A stretch of DNA of 64,000 nucleotides from Trichoplax adhaerens (lineage: Eukaryota; Animalia; Placozoa). How positions within the stretch are numbered: the first letter of the stretch is position 1; every line of letters begins with the position of its first letter. The stretch is from positions 1,130,203-1,194,202 of the forward strand of contig NW_002060962.1 of the NCBI RefSeq assembly GCF_000150275.1, in the 5' to 3' direction. The notes below the pieces were generated by a model that made no database searches, was not told where the DNA came from, and worked only from the letters and a program-made list of their open reading frames with translations. This document shows, piece by piece, positions 50,665 through 64,000 of the stretch. Made by a program: the position numbers and the translations under genes.

Positions 50665-52828
50665 CTTTGGATCGGATTTTGGATTCCAGTATACTTTTTG
50701 AAACGCTTTGGTTATTCTACTACTGAATCAACACAAAAATACACGCATATAGTAGCACTTGTAAGGATCATCGTTGAGAAAAATTTTTTAATCAGGCTAC
50801 ATGTACTGTACAAGTATGTTATCGCTTTTCAGAATCTTCATTCAAACTACTGTAATACGAGAAACTATAAATGTCTTAACCGAAACAATGCTTGACACGC
50901 GATAATGACATTTCTTCAAAATTGCTGTAATAGCTACAAATATTGTAATGTCTATTTATTTATTAACCAATAAGTACTATAATAATCTATAATCAATATA
51001 TATAATCAAGTGAAATATTGTAACGCACTTTGGAAATAGTTCAGCAAAACCTACCGACAACAAGCAGTCTTCAGTAATGATAATAATCTTTACACTGTCA
51101 ATGCAGTGCGGCGTTTCAACTTGTGAATAAACTAGGCGTTAATTGAATCCTAATCCTGTACTGTATAATAACTATAAATTGAAAAGTATCCTGTAGTACA
51201 CTATAATGTAACTGTAAGTAAACGAATGTTGTCAATCTTGAACAAAGACTCTTTTAAATCATAAATTGCAATTTCATCGTAAAAACAGCACCCTATCAAC
51301 ATCAGTTCCGCCACCATTGAAGTACAGTTTATATCCTACGGGATATTTTTATGCTTTAGCAGAGGCTGCTACATAGTAGTGGTTCGAGTATTTTGCCGAG
51401 CTGTATCTGTCCTATCTGCTACGTAACCGATCATCGATTGATAACTGAGTTGCGAGATACGGTAATAGCGATGAAAAGCAAACATTGATAACATTACATT
51501 TTCATCTACAGAACAGTACTATATACTAGATGGACTACTAGATAAAGTCCTGTGAGGCTATCAGTAGCGAATCACCTCGCTAATAAAATGCCAATAAGGT
51601 ATTTAAAAATTTTTGATAACTCCTATGATAACATTCTTTGTATTGTACCGCAGTTAGCTACTGCCAATACAGTCGAATATGAAATAACATAGGAAGTTTG
51701 TTCTTACGATAATGTAAATAGAGAAAGAAACGTGATTATCAATCAGTGCATAGGAAGAACGATGCTGATAATGCGTCCGTTTCTTTCTTTGAGAGAGCTG
51801 AGAAAATTCCAATTTTTTTTCCTCGAGTGCAGTAATCCCTCGTTTATCCCGTTCAAATTTTAGCCAATTAACTGCGTATGAATTCCACCTCATCTTTTCC
51901 TGCCATGCTGTCATTTACTGTTAATTAATTTAATTTAGTTTAATCTTAATCCTTAACTTACAGTTAATACTGTATAATCTTTAATCTTTCATCAATATGC
52001 CCAACGTCAAGTCCCTGAATATCAGTCATACTACTGCACCATAGCTTAACAGACATAACCAGGCAACCATAGGTAAACTAGCTCGTTTTCGTTAGAAGTC
52101 TTAAGAAGAGTTAACAGAAAAAATACTGTATTCATTGATATCTCCTAACTTCGCAGATCGATAAGCTAAGAGTAATAATTGTTGCACTATTCGTCAGAAA
52201 GGATACCCGATTAACTTAATACTACAAAACTTTTCTTCATCCATTCTGACTATCACGATCTGATTCAGTCTGGTTCAGTACATTTCCTAAACTTAACGGA
52301 GAAGTACATAAACCGCAGGCTCAGCTAGTCAGCCCATAGGAACAAACTGAAAGAAAGAAAAATCTCTTGCCATAGTCCACACTCAATCAAAACTCGTACA
52401 CTGAAAGAAAAATAAGGACTATCGGTAGTGGTGAGTACCCTACAGTACTTGTACAGTACATTAGACATAGCAATATATTATACAGTTTGAGAATCAAATC
52501 GAGACGTATTCCTAGCAAATTCATTCAGTATTTTCTTTGCAATTCTTTATTTGCAATAGAGTTCAGTTTATTCTCGACTCCCGTCACATGGTCAGCCCGA
52601 CTCATGGACAAAATGATTACATAATGCTTCTAACAGTACCCACTACAGGATGCTGTACGCGGATGTAGTTATGATTTTTAAAAGGTATTCCTTCATAAAG
52701 AAATGTCTTCATATTGGCGTTGATTACCTGCCAGTACTGTAATTATAATTAATCTGCATTCCTTCTTCGGACGTACTTTCAATGTCACAATAGCACAATA
52801 ATTCACAGGAAGTAAGGTTAGCGAATCC

Positions 52829-53109
52829 ACAGTAATATCCGACTCCTGCTATTTTTATAGACTTTTATAGTATTTTCGTACTGTTGATACTATGAGAGGA
52901 TAAATTCGTCACCATTCAATCATAATGGAAAGTCGATGGAAATGGATTATCCAAAGTTTATTTAGTGGCCACTTTTCTACCTACTATACTGTAGTTATAG
53001 AGTAGACATCAGTAACAGTAAGAGCTGGATCGCAAAGGCACATTGCCTACTGCTTTATTGCAATCTTGACTTCAAAATTATAAAATCTGTAGGAGTCGGA
53101 TATTACTGT
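52829..53109. mobile_element. Putative MITE (non-autonomous DNA transposon), about 281 bp
   Basis: Perfect 19-bp inverted repeats: ACAGTAATATCCGACTCCT (52829-52847) and AGGAGTCGGATATTACTGT (53091-53109), with further imperfect pairing inward. No ORF inside and no clear target-site duplication. Confidence 0.55.
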
Positions 53110-54876
53110 TGATCCAATATTACAGTAGGAGCAAGTTCGATTCATCGTTGGCTGAAAACTCGATTACAAAATTGCTGCATTCGTCCTTAATGTTGGGGGG
53201 ATATATATGTCACGTATACCAATAATACAAATGGAGGTCTCTGGCTCATACTGTACACTTTCATGTGGGCCCGGCCAACGTCAGTATGAACAGTAGTGGT
53301 AAAACTTATAACTTTTGATTTCGAGGTGTGTATTCATTTTTTAAAGCAAATTATAAGCCTATTTTATGGGTGATCGTTTATTAAGAGACATTTGTGCTCC
53401 ATACGAACGTTCACTTACTCACTTTTCGTTAACATTACAGCCAGATGAAAATATAGATTACAAATTAAAAAATATTCAATTTCAGAACCTTTGTAAAATG
53501 AAGCTTTGACCCACTATGCACTGTATTTCTCCTTCAGCTACCAAATTGTATTAAAATACAGTATAGTCGACAGGACTATATCGCCTATTTCTTCAGTTAA
53601 TCAAGGAATAAATATAGTTGAGTATAACGTATTGATTTAGTGTTCTATTATTATTTCATCAGCCATTTCTACTCAGACATTGTTTGACAGTAAATAGAAT
53701 AATTGGTATGGTATTATCCGTCAATACCGATGACGTCGTTGCCATGGTCTCACGACATCCCGAGTATAGCAAATGAAGTCGTTTTATAAAGAATTGCCTG
53801 TTCCAGTACTGGCTAGTCGGCCATGGACAACGCTTTGAAGTCACAACGTTATCATGATCATGGCTGGCCAGTGCCACCTCTGGATCGATCGCTATCTTTT
53901 ACAGAAAGGAAAAAAAACATTAAACAAGCCCTGGATTGGATTACTCACGAATTGGTGAGTACTTAGTCACGCTGAACCTCTATCATTGTCCATTATCCAA
54001 TGAAGTATTGCCGAATGACCTCGTATTCTATCTTGAAAGCTAAATTTAACGAAACGGGGGAAAAATTGTCAAATTTTTAAGTTTTAGGCAACTTTAATGT
54101 GAAATTCAATGAATGCCTAAACATAAGTGTCATCATCTTGTTGACTTTATGTGCATAAGGCCATCGCGCGATATTAGTTTACCGTCGTAAGGTATCAACT
54201 TCTTCAAGATCTTTTTTCTTACGTGAAAGAAGGATTTCGCTATTCAAAGGATCTTGTATTTTATGTATATAGAAGTTACGATTACACAACGTATACAGCG
54301 AAAGCTCTGCTTGACTGAAGTCATTTACTCTAATTCATAGTGTCACGTATGTAAATATATATATATCCTGTACAGTAATCACTTGTTCGATATGAATTGA
54401 ATCAACGTTTCTATAAAGTGGAAGACTAATTATTACTGTTTGCCCTAACATGCTGTTGTACATTCTCACTGTAATCCATGACACTGGTTACACAGCATTT
54501 ACGCAATATTATGATTTCAATTATAGAATTACAGTACTTGATATTAGCAAGAAGCAAATGATATCCACTAGTTATAATTAAGTTGCCTAGCAGTTCACCG
54601 TACAGATTACTACTTAGAGTTAGTTCGGGCACGGCAAAAGTAGCGCCGATAGAAAAATATTTTTCGATTATACTGTAAAATTTTCCAAACGATGATACCA
54701 GCTTGAAAACCACACAAAAAAGAATCGTCTAAGGGTTATTGCGATACTAGCAATTTGACGAGTTGCGGTAATTTGGAGTTAATAGCTTCTGTTTACCCCT
54801 TTTAACGCTTTAATTTCTTCTTTGCTACGAGAAGAATACGATTCGCCGGGGTGATGCCGATTTATCTTATGAACTA

Positions 54877-55191
54877 ATGCTAATGCGGATAACGATTAAT
54901 GAAATGAAGATAACTCGTTTAACATCTATCATCACCCAAAACGTATGGCAAAGGCTGGATATGGAAAATTACTACGACCAGGTTGTCGAAGACTTGATGA
55001 TGCGTAATCGAACAAGAACATTACCTAGTAATTTGCCTAATAACATAAGTGATATTATTTGCAAGAAGAGAAGGCATGCCAGCTTTACCACCGATATTAA
55101 CGACAGATATGATGATGAAAAGGAAATTTCTTATGATAAAGAAGATCCTGCCTTAATGGATGATTTTAGTTTTGATGAAACTGCTTTCTAA
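54877..55191 (+). CDS. Unassigned 104-aa ORF with an acidic C-terminus; possibly a terminal exon
   Basis: Open frame with protein-like composition; no family recognised. Confidence 0.25.
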   Translation: MLMRITINEMKITRLTSIITQNVWQRLDMENYYDQVVEDLMMRNRTRTLPSNLPNNISDIICKKRRHASFTTDINDRYDDEKEISYDKEDPALMDDFSFDETAF

Positions 55192-58100
55192 TTTGTGCAT
55201 GATGTAAATTTCTTGTATATCTTAAAATTACATTTAAAAGAAAGGTACATTTTACTTTCTACTGAGTTGTTGACATCTTCTTATTTCCTACATTTGATAG
55301 ATGTCGATAAGTAATAAGTGAGATAAATAAAGCATCAGTAACTTATTGCTACCATACTTGAATACTGGATAACTACTGTATAGTGTTGCAAAATCTTCAG
55401 ATTAAATCTCTTTATACTAAGATAATTTTGGTATGGTATGATGATATATTAATATGCCATTTCGTCGCAGACAACTTCAAAAATAATGAAGCTGTCTGGG
55501 TTTTTGATGCTGTTCTACTACTGCACTCAATTATGTGATGAAAAAATTTGTATGTGTACCATATCTACTTTGTCTATACGTGCCGGTATGTATTGTCATA
55601 ACACCTGCTACTAACATGATTATAATGTGTGCAAAGTTTTGAGTTATCTTACTATTCGTTTGTACCTTAAAGAATTGCTGATGTGTTGTTAATCTGTCTT
55701 GCCTTAATACATTCTTAATATCAGCAAATACCTACGGTCGTGTGGTCATCATTATGGTCACGGGACTGTAGTATTAAAATGCGTGCTATTACATATACCC
55801 AACTGTTGTATTTATGAGGTTGAGGATAGATTCCCTCAAATCTTTTTTGTATGGCTTTTATGAATAATTTCAATTTTTGTAGTGTTGCTACGGTTATGAT
55901 GGCATTGTCTATACTCTAATAGCGATACTCTACTATTTTGTTGCTAGGATTTTTCTTACGCTGTAAAATAAATAATAAAATAGCGTCGGTGTGCTTCAAA
56001 TTACCGTCTTTATGATTTTACTGCAAATATAGGATAATAGCAAGTGCACCGTAAATACAGTAAATATTGCCTACGTGAGTGTTGCTAAAATCGTATATCC
56101 TTGAATTTTATATAAAATAATCGATTTTTTGAAAATGGCTCTTATTTGACGTGTAGATAGATATACCGTACTGGTAGGCACTATATGTTACGCATGATTC
56201 CCTCCTATACGTTAAAAGCGTGTAGGAATAATGTGATGAGCAAGTATGTATAATTTTGTGAGCATGTCATTTAAATCGTAAAAGTGTAAAATGATTTCAT
56301 ATTTATTTTCTTATAAGATTCCAACTTTAATCTTTACCTTTTCTCATTAACACACTAGGTCGTTATGAATCATTAACCAATTTTGAATGCGGGTATATCA
56401 TAAAAATTTGTGACTGCACTACTTGGTGTTATGTAAGCAATTCACATTAGCATTTGAGGCTTATTGAATTTGAGGATAAATCAATAAAACGATTCATGGC
56501 GATAGAGGTATTGACGATCATTAATTTCCATATCTGTAGTCTCCATTTAATATTAAAGGTATACTAGTAATTGGGAGCTTGCTAACCACGATTTATCTTT
56601 AAAATTCAGTCCTTTCATTAATATAAGTTAAGAATTTCTTGAATTCAGAGGTATATGATGCCAAGGACCACTTAACAAAAAATTTCCTCAACTAAAACTA
56701 CGGTACTTCGTACCCATGCCACAAGCCAAAGTCCCAATCTAACCTAACTTTACTCAACAATTTCTTTGAACTAGCGGCAGTAACAGGAACAGTATAGAAA
56801 AATAGGAGCTTCAGTAATGCTGGAACGATGAAGGGGGAGGGAAAGTTTTGTTGAGTAATCTGTGATGATGCAGAACTCTCTAAGATTCGTCAGAAAATAT
56901 AATTCATGTTGGTCTGGAAATCGGTCGCAGGCCACGAACTCCAGGCTGTGTCCGATACAGAGTGTAAATGCCTCATAATTATAATTCAGTATTATCAAAT
57001 ATAATATATCACACATTGTCGATAACGTCCAAAAATCATTACCCTGTTCCATGTCTTGATATTTAGTTTAGAAAGTATGATCTTACTTAAAACGTTAACA
57101 AATGACTAAGCTGTATTTACAATTTTACATGTGCCGAAAGTTTGCATTCAGTACGATATACTGTATATTTTTTCTGGAACAGAAGTATCTTTGATTATTT
57201 TACTATGAAATCTTAAATCTACGCACATATAGCCGTTATAGCAGACCTATCTCCATCAATTGGCATAATGATGACAATTATACGAGTATGCGATAACTAC
57301 TTTTTTGCTTCCTCCTCGAATTTGTACTAATGCAACAGATGCCGAATGGTCCTATATTGATAGAAATTGCTTTGGAGTGACTTCATCTAATTACAGTAGT
57401 GCGTGTTTTGAAGGTAGAGTAAAAGTTTGCAGTAAAGAACTGTGTGGAACAGTATAATAATTTTTATCTTGTAACAAAACAGGTTCTATAGTGAGATCCT
57501 GTAATGATTTAAGCTAATTACAGTAGTTATGTGTTAGGGAAATACAGTGATAGTATGTAGGTTTAAGAATCCATACACCACAAACGCTGAAAAAATCTTA
57601 AGTAAGATGGTAGCATTAGACCTGAGTAGACAAGTGATGTCAAGGATTACTTTTAGGCATTAAGATAGTCGCCTACTATTAGTGTATGATTGTAGAGACG
57701 ATAGCTGTAGCCTTAAGCTAGACTGTAGAGGAGTTAAGTCGATATATAGAGAGCTAGATGTGCATAGTTACATGATATAAGCATTACTATTGTAATACAT
57801 ACTTGAAACTAAATTTTAAGTTATAAACTATTTTTAGCCTCTATATTATGAAACTAATTTATAGGGTAATTAACTTAGAGAAAGGCTAGAAGTAGTACTT
57901 GATTACAAATCTAATACAGTGAAATTGTAGATTTGTAACAAGGATGATGAAACCGCACACTTGCATTATTTGTATATTAGGATGCTTTAGGACCCTTTCT
58001 ATAATTTTAGACCGTTTAATTATAGCTATGCAAAAATAATAAGCCAGTAGAGACAGGATGAAAAAAAAAAACAAGTATTCCGTATAATCAAACAGAGATT

Positions 58101-58776
58101 ATACGAAGGTGTATCTTAAACTCAAGCTAGTGCAAATCAATAATGTTGTAGCTAGCTTTTCTTTCAATTTCCTGCATAAGAAGGACTTACGTCAAAATAT
58201 TGCAATCTCGAGATAGTCGAATATTAATGTTTTATTGATGAAAACTCTATAATTAAAACATTAAAGTATGGTGTATTCAAAGAAATAACAGCGAACAGTA
58301 TTTTACCGGAAAAAAACTAATTAGATACACGAAACAACGTACCGTAAGATAACAGAGGATTAGGTGGCTATATAATATACTGTCTGTATGTGTTGATTTT
58401 ATGAATTAACTGCTTCAGTAAATTAGCTATTTATACATTGCCGTAGCCTCATATAAGATATCGGATTGCTCTATTCTAGGCTATAAAACTAAAGGTTTAA
58501 TATCTTCAATTACAAGTATTTATGGCATTGATATTCATTTCTTTATAATTATTAAATATTGTGAAGTTCGTTATGAACAATATTTGTTGATAATCAACGG
58601 CGCCTAACATTCTATTGATATTTAGGAAAATGGCTCATTCCTAGCAATGCCTGTTTTATTCCTTCTGAAACTTAGCTATATAAAATAAAGAGATCAATTT
58701 TAAAGAGGAATTATACAATTCGCAAGACTGTAGCAAAAAGTATCTAATTAAGAATTTAATATTTAACACTCACCTA

Positions 58777-58878
58777 GACAAATATCTTAGTGCTAAGAAT
58801 AGATCCCTATCCGACAGTAAATTAAAGGACAAATATGCTAGTGCTAAGAATAGACCCCTTTCCGATAGTAAATTAAAG
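58777..58878. repeat. Two-copy tandem duplication, 51-bp unit
   Basis: GACAAATAT..TAGTGCTAAGAATAGA.CCCT.TCCGA.AGTAAATTAAAG occurs twice. Confidence 0.9.
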
Positions 58879-61277
58879 CTTCAATTCAGGTTATACATGT
58901 ATGTTGAATATTTACTAGTAGATCGATATTAAATACATGTCTAAAATCTTGTAATCAAAACATAAAACATACTTTTGCAATTTTATAACACATACTTTAT
59001 TTAGTCATTTAATTTAAAATGCTAACATTTGCGTTAGGAATGCGCGCATTGATTAGTCGCGCATAGATTAGGTGTAAATTTCACGTTAACTTTCTCTTTC
59101 TTATATCTAATTATTTTTAATGCTAGAGCAGAAATGACAACGAAAATCGCGCCGAACTCGACGTAATAGTTAAACTGCATACAAAATAAATTAGACAAGT
59201 CCATACCAGGATATATGCAATATTAGACCAGTGTTTTAGGGACCTGGCGGGCTCTCTACTGTATACTGGTTGAAAGCTGTTCAGCCATAGTGCAGCATTT
59301 AATTGGATCTTTTAAATTTTCAAAACGTTTACATTAAATTTGGCTCAAATTCCACATAAACATCAATTAGCTCTTGATGTTTCTATTACATTTTACCACA
59401 GTATTAAGATATTTTATTTCTTTAAAATTTTAACTTAAACCAACAGTCACTGGTACATGTACGGTCGGTTCAATCAGCATACAAGTCACGTCGTAATAGT
59501 GGTCTTATACGACTCGTAGTCCTATATTAGCAGGAGAAAACAAGTTTTATTTTTGTACCGAGTAGATTTGACAAAACTAAAGTACCAAGTAGACAGTTTC
59601 AGACGATCAGATAGCTTGAGTATACATAGCAGTACAGAGGCAATTACAGGCCTTTCACAGGATACAAATACGAACTATTTTCAAAATGATATAGATAATA
59701 TTGTTGTGCTATTGAGTACCAAGGTCTCTCTTCATAAAGGCTAAGACATTGATCAGATATTTTAATCTACTGCCAGGTACATCACTTATATTATAATTTA
59801 AGGCAGCCAAAATCACCTTCTTTGCCTATTTCGTCTCGGTAAAAGATGAATTTATTCCCTCAATCAATATTGTCAAGCTTAGTCAAGGCTAATCTACATA
59901 GATTCTAATAGATTAGTAATATCGACATGGCCGTAGTCTGCCTATTACGACATATGCGATAGTTGAGGTCATAGACTACTTAATTTATATTGGACAGGAA
60001 GCTCTATTCGGACGGTCGGATATTTCGGGTTCATGCGTTATAATAATACTATTCCAAACAATCGTTATAATGTCCTTGAGGGGGTTGCTCGATTCTGTAA
60101 TTCGCTATTTTTTCTAAATTAGATAATATTATATCGATATCTATTCTATTTTACTAAATTTTGCTTCGAAACAGTTACATAAAGTCTTGAATGCTCTTAA
60201 ATTAGTACAAAAGATTCAGAAAAGAGAGGCAAAGATTTATACCAGTTATCTAGGTATAAAAATGTCTGCCTGTCTGAAGAGTTCCTTGTCTAAGTGTATC
60301 TAGTAGTTCATGGTAAGGCAGTCACTCTTATGATTGATTTATATTGAATCAAAATTTTTTATAGCTCAACCAATAATCTCAGGGAAATGAAGTTTGTAAC
60401 AAATTGCTATAAGCACTTTTAAGAAATACTTTGAAAATCACCACTATATCACTAGCATATTCCTACATCGCGTTTCCGCCGGTATAATTTGTTTATATGT
60501 ATAGTTGACATATCGTACTGCAGTTGTTACCTGTCTCAATTTGTAGAGACTATTACAACACTCAAACACTGTTAATATCAATATTCTTACATCCTCTGGA
60601 ATTGTGGATAACGTAGTGCCGTAATACTTACGGAGATATTTTGAAATAATGCTCATCATATTATGAATAAATACTACAAATTTTAGTACCAATTTCATAT
60701 AAATTAATTACTGGTATGAACCGTCAGTAACACCTAGGGCAACAGCTTACAATATTAATTCCTATATTTCATAATGATGGTTGAAAAGAATTAGAAGCGT
60801 TTAGATAAGTAATGATTCCTATCCTATATATTGACAGTCTTTTATTGATTGCGATACATATCATCCGAGGTTGCAGAGACCTACTTAATTAGTGCCGTAA
60901 GGGCTACATAGATACCGTACTAAGCTAAATTATCGGCGAACGAATTATAGTTTAATTAGATGCTTTTAAAATTATATCTTCATTTGGTGTTGAAAACAGT
61001 AACTAAAAATCAAATTTAAGTAGTTTCTGAGTAGCTTTCAGAATAGTCTATTCTCTAAGAACGTTTTACTACTTAAATTTTCTCTACAACTCCAGTCAGT
61101 AAAAGACGATAAATATTTCAAGAATTGAATCTAAGCATTTGGCTATCTACTGATTTTGCCATTTGCCAGTTACTTTCAATACTCTAGATAAGTTTACTCT
61201 TACAATTCCATTGCGTGAATACCTTCTTTTAGTGCATCAGCCATATTTCGCCATGTGATCATTTGCTTATGATGGAA

Positions 61278-64000
61278 TTATTTTTTATATCCGTAATATT
61301 CACGTGAGATTTCACATACGTATGGCTTGCCTTTCTCGTAATTGATTTCATCACCACATTGGACTAATAAGTCACCGTTATTACAACTACTGTCTTCGTC
61401 ACAACATTGGCCCCACATTGGATAAGAAGATTCTCCTGCTTCACGTTCACGTACAGGACTGCCTCTTAAAAAGCTATTAGCATTTGCTAAACTTATAAAG
61501 ACCTTGGAGTTCAAGTCTATAGAGCAAAACCATAAAAGAGTCTCTGTTATTAATATATAATTTATTTCCTAAACCTAGTGAAAATAAACTTAAAAATTTG
61601 CTTGATAGAACATACTTATTTGTTATCGTTTGATTTTATTACAATTTTTACGTGACTTTATAATGAGAGCAAAATTTTAACCACTTCTTCGTATAGTAGA
61701 TCAATTTATCAGGATCATTTGTGGTAGTAGATAGCAAAATTTCGGCTTTGCCGTAAGATAACAGTTTATCGAATATCAGAGATTCAATGATAACAAATTA
61801 TTATCAACGAATATCATCACATTTATTAAAGGCAAGATAATTGATTCTAAAAGAAATTATTGATTTCCATATGTGTAAGATAAAAACAAAGAAATAGAAT
61901 ATAAAATAGTACATTGCTTGCAAAATATATATCAATTTCAAGAAAGAATGTTGCCATGTATAATTCTATTAAACTATGACTCTAATTGATCTTTAAGCGA
62001 GACAAAACTTAAGGTAAATAAGTAAGAAAATGCTGTAGTTAGAGAGAATCCAATTTGATAGTGTTGCGGAGCTAACTCTATATTACTGTCACAAACCAAC
62101 TTCGTGACAAGTATAACGTAAAACAAATCTCTAAATTACTATAGTCTCCGGGATTCAGTATCCCTACTTACAAGAATTTAGACGCCTTTGATTCTACGTT
62201 AAAACAACTATACAATTGAGAACTGCTTTATTCAACTATCTGACGGGTTTATATACCCTTCTACAGCAGCTAACATTCACAAGTCATCTTATAATAACAC
62301 TTGGGTGAGAACATCTACTAACTAGTTTTTCACAGTCGGACTACAATATGTCCATTCACAGAATCATTTCAGCACATATTACAGCACAGCAATAAATTTA
62401 CTGTAACACATTTATAATTAGAGTAATTCCTATTGTAAGTAACTAGTTGTAATATAATATCACTATACTATATTAACCAAATTTAGATAGCTATTTCTCC
62501 ACGGTAGTTCGTACCGTGACAATTACGTACGCCTCTGACGATTCATTTAATTTACTTTACTTATCAGAAGCAGATTTGCGACGTCAGATTACAGTAAGAG
62601 TATATAAAAAGAGTAAACAGTTGTTTATTGAGTTCCTTTTATAGACTGTACTAAATGGTAATCTGCCTTAAGATGAATAAGGTAGCTCTCAACTCAATAC
62701 GAAAGTATCTACTGAGTCCGTTCGTAAGAGTGAGATTATGACTGCTAGATTAACAGATTAGAAAATAATATCCAATACAGTAAATTGTTGTAATCTTAAG
62801 AATTAATACTTTATGATTTTATGACGTTTCTTGACTTTAAATTAAAACATCGCGTGCAATATATTAATTTAGCATAATTCAACTATAAAATTAACGACAA
62901 AGATATACTGATCACTTTGCAGTAAGCAATTAAATATTGCCTTTTTGCATGCTAATAATATTATTTAGAATCGAAACTATGCAATATAAAGTGGTTAAGA
63001 TTCGATGGAAAATATAGAATCTAGGATACGGAGCTTTAAATACTTATTTTCATTCATTTCATTAGCACAAAAAAAAAATATTATTGTTACGATGATACTA
63101 AGCAAGGTAAAGGCCTGAATAAAATCTCAAACGGTTATTAATGGTGAAAAAAGCCTCGGGAAGAGCAAATAACCTCATATAAAGTTAACAACTGAATAAC
63201 GTATTGAATAAATTGAAAACATGTTGCAAAAATTGATAATTACACGGAAATCGACACCTGGTGTATAAATATCAACATCATTAAGTAGCGTAACAGTAAA
63301 CGAAGTAATGGGGGTAAAATTTTAGAAAATTTACCTATTATGTCATATATATTCAATTAATAATAGTCAACGTAGTCATCTATGGACTGTAAAATCTTAA
63401 CTAGTAACATATATATGACATTAAATTAATTTTTTTCATTAATTAAGAGCATTAGTATATTGTCCATTTTGAACAATTACTGCAAAGCGATTTCATTGAT
63501 CCAGACTTTTAAGTTTTGTTTTCCGACATGGTATAAGAATAAATGACTGAATTTAGAGCAGGATAAATTGTGAATATATTCAGTATAAAACTCGAGAATA
63601 TTAGGCGGCTGATAAATTTCCTCTTTTTAATTAATGACTGATTATATAAATAATTGTGAATAGATATTGCTGAGAACTTAGAAAGAGACACTATACGCAA
63701 ATTGATATATTTTGCATTATAATTGACTTGTACTATGAACGTATTTCAAAGTGAGTAGTATAATTTGTCTAAATCTTCGTGAATTGCATCTCAGACGCGA
63801 TTTTAAACAGTTTTGAATTAGTAAATTATTATATGAAATCTCGATTCATGCTGATATATAAACATTAACTGCTCTACGTGCATTAGTATCAGTTTCTTAC
63901 CTTCATTTGTAGTTGTTTTCTTTTCGGTATCAGAATTTGATCTGCGTCGACGGACACCATTACAGGTTGCTTCGTAACTTTGCAAGTATTTTGAATAGAA
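61278..64000 (-). CDS. Partial Cys-rich, probably secreted protein entering from beyond the window end; C-type-lectin-like end motif
   Basis: Exon ~63901-64000 (YLQSYEATCNGVRRRRSNSDTEKK) ends at a GTAAG donor. An exon starting at 61516 after an AG encodes VFISL...WGQCC...C...QC...KPYVCE. The connection between the two is unproven. Confidence 0.3.

Noticed and set aside
51654-51914. 86-aa minus-strand ORF upstream of the SLC17 gene, as the missing transporter exons
   Set aside because: It is mostly hydrophilic, has no similarity to SLC17 TM7-TM8, and matches no family I recognise.

Overview
This is AT-rich eukaryotic (animal) genomic DNA with compact genes and many short GT-AG introns. Gene content and architecture fit a placozoan such as Trichoplax, but that assignment is inference. 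Genes reconstructed by hand-splicing are a TPD52-like gene, RPN2, NAPRT, a degenerate MUS81/EME-like locus, NKAIN, SF3B6, HMGCL, a glutaminase, a PHF20-like gene and an SLC17/sialin-like transporter, followed by a gene-poor 13 kb. Four things stand out. (1) Self-complementary CAGTA/TACTG pentamer arrays sit just upstream of the start codons of all six genes in three head-to-head pairs and are absent upstream of the other genes; a MITE-like element whose inverted repeats begin with the same ACAGTA core lies nearby. (2) A U17/snR30 (SNORA73) H/ACA snoRNA lies in an RPN2 intron. (3) The glutaminase has the catalytic GMYD tyrosine replaced by serine and apparently lacks a mitochondrial presequence. 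(4) The SLC17 gene lacks the TM7-TM8 segment and has a splice-phase mismatch. Exon boundaries were read manually, and the first exons of several genes are tentative.
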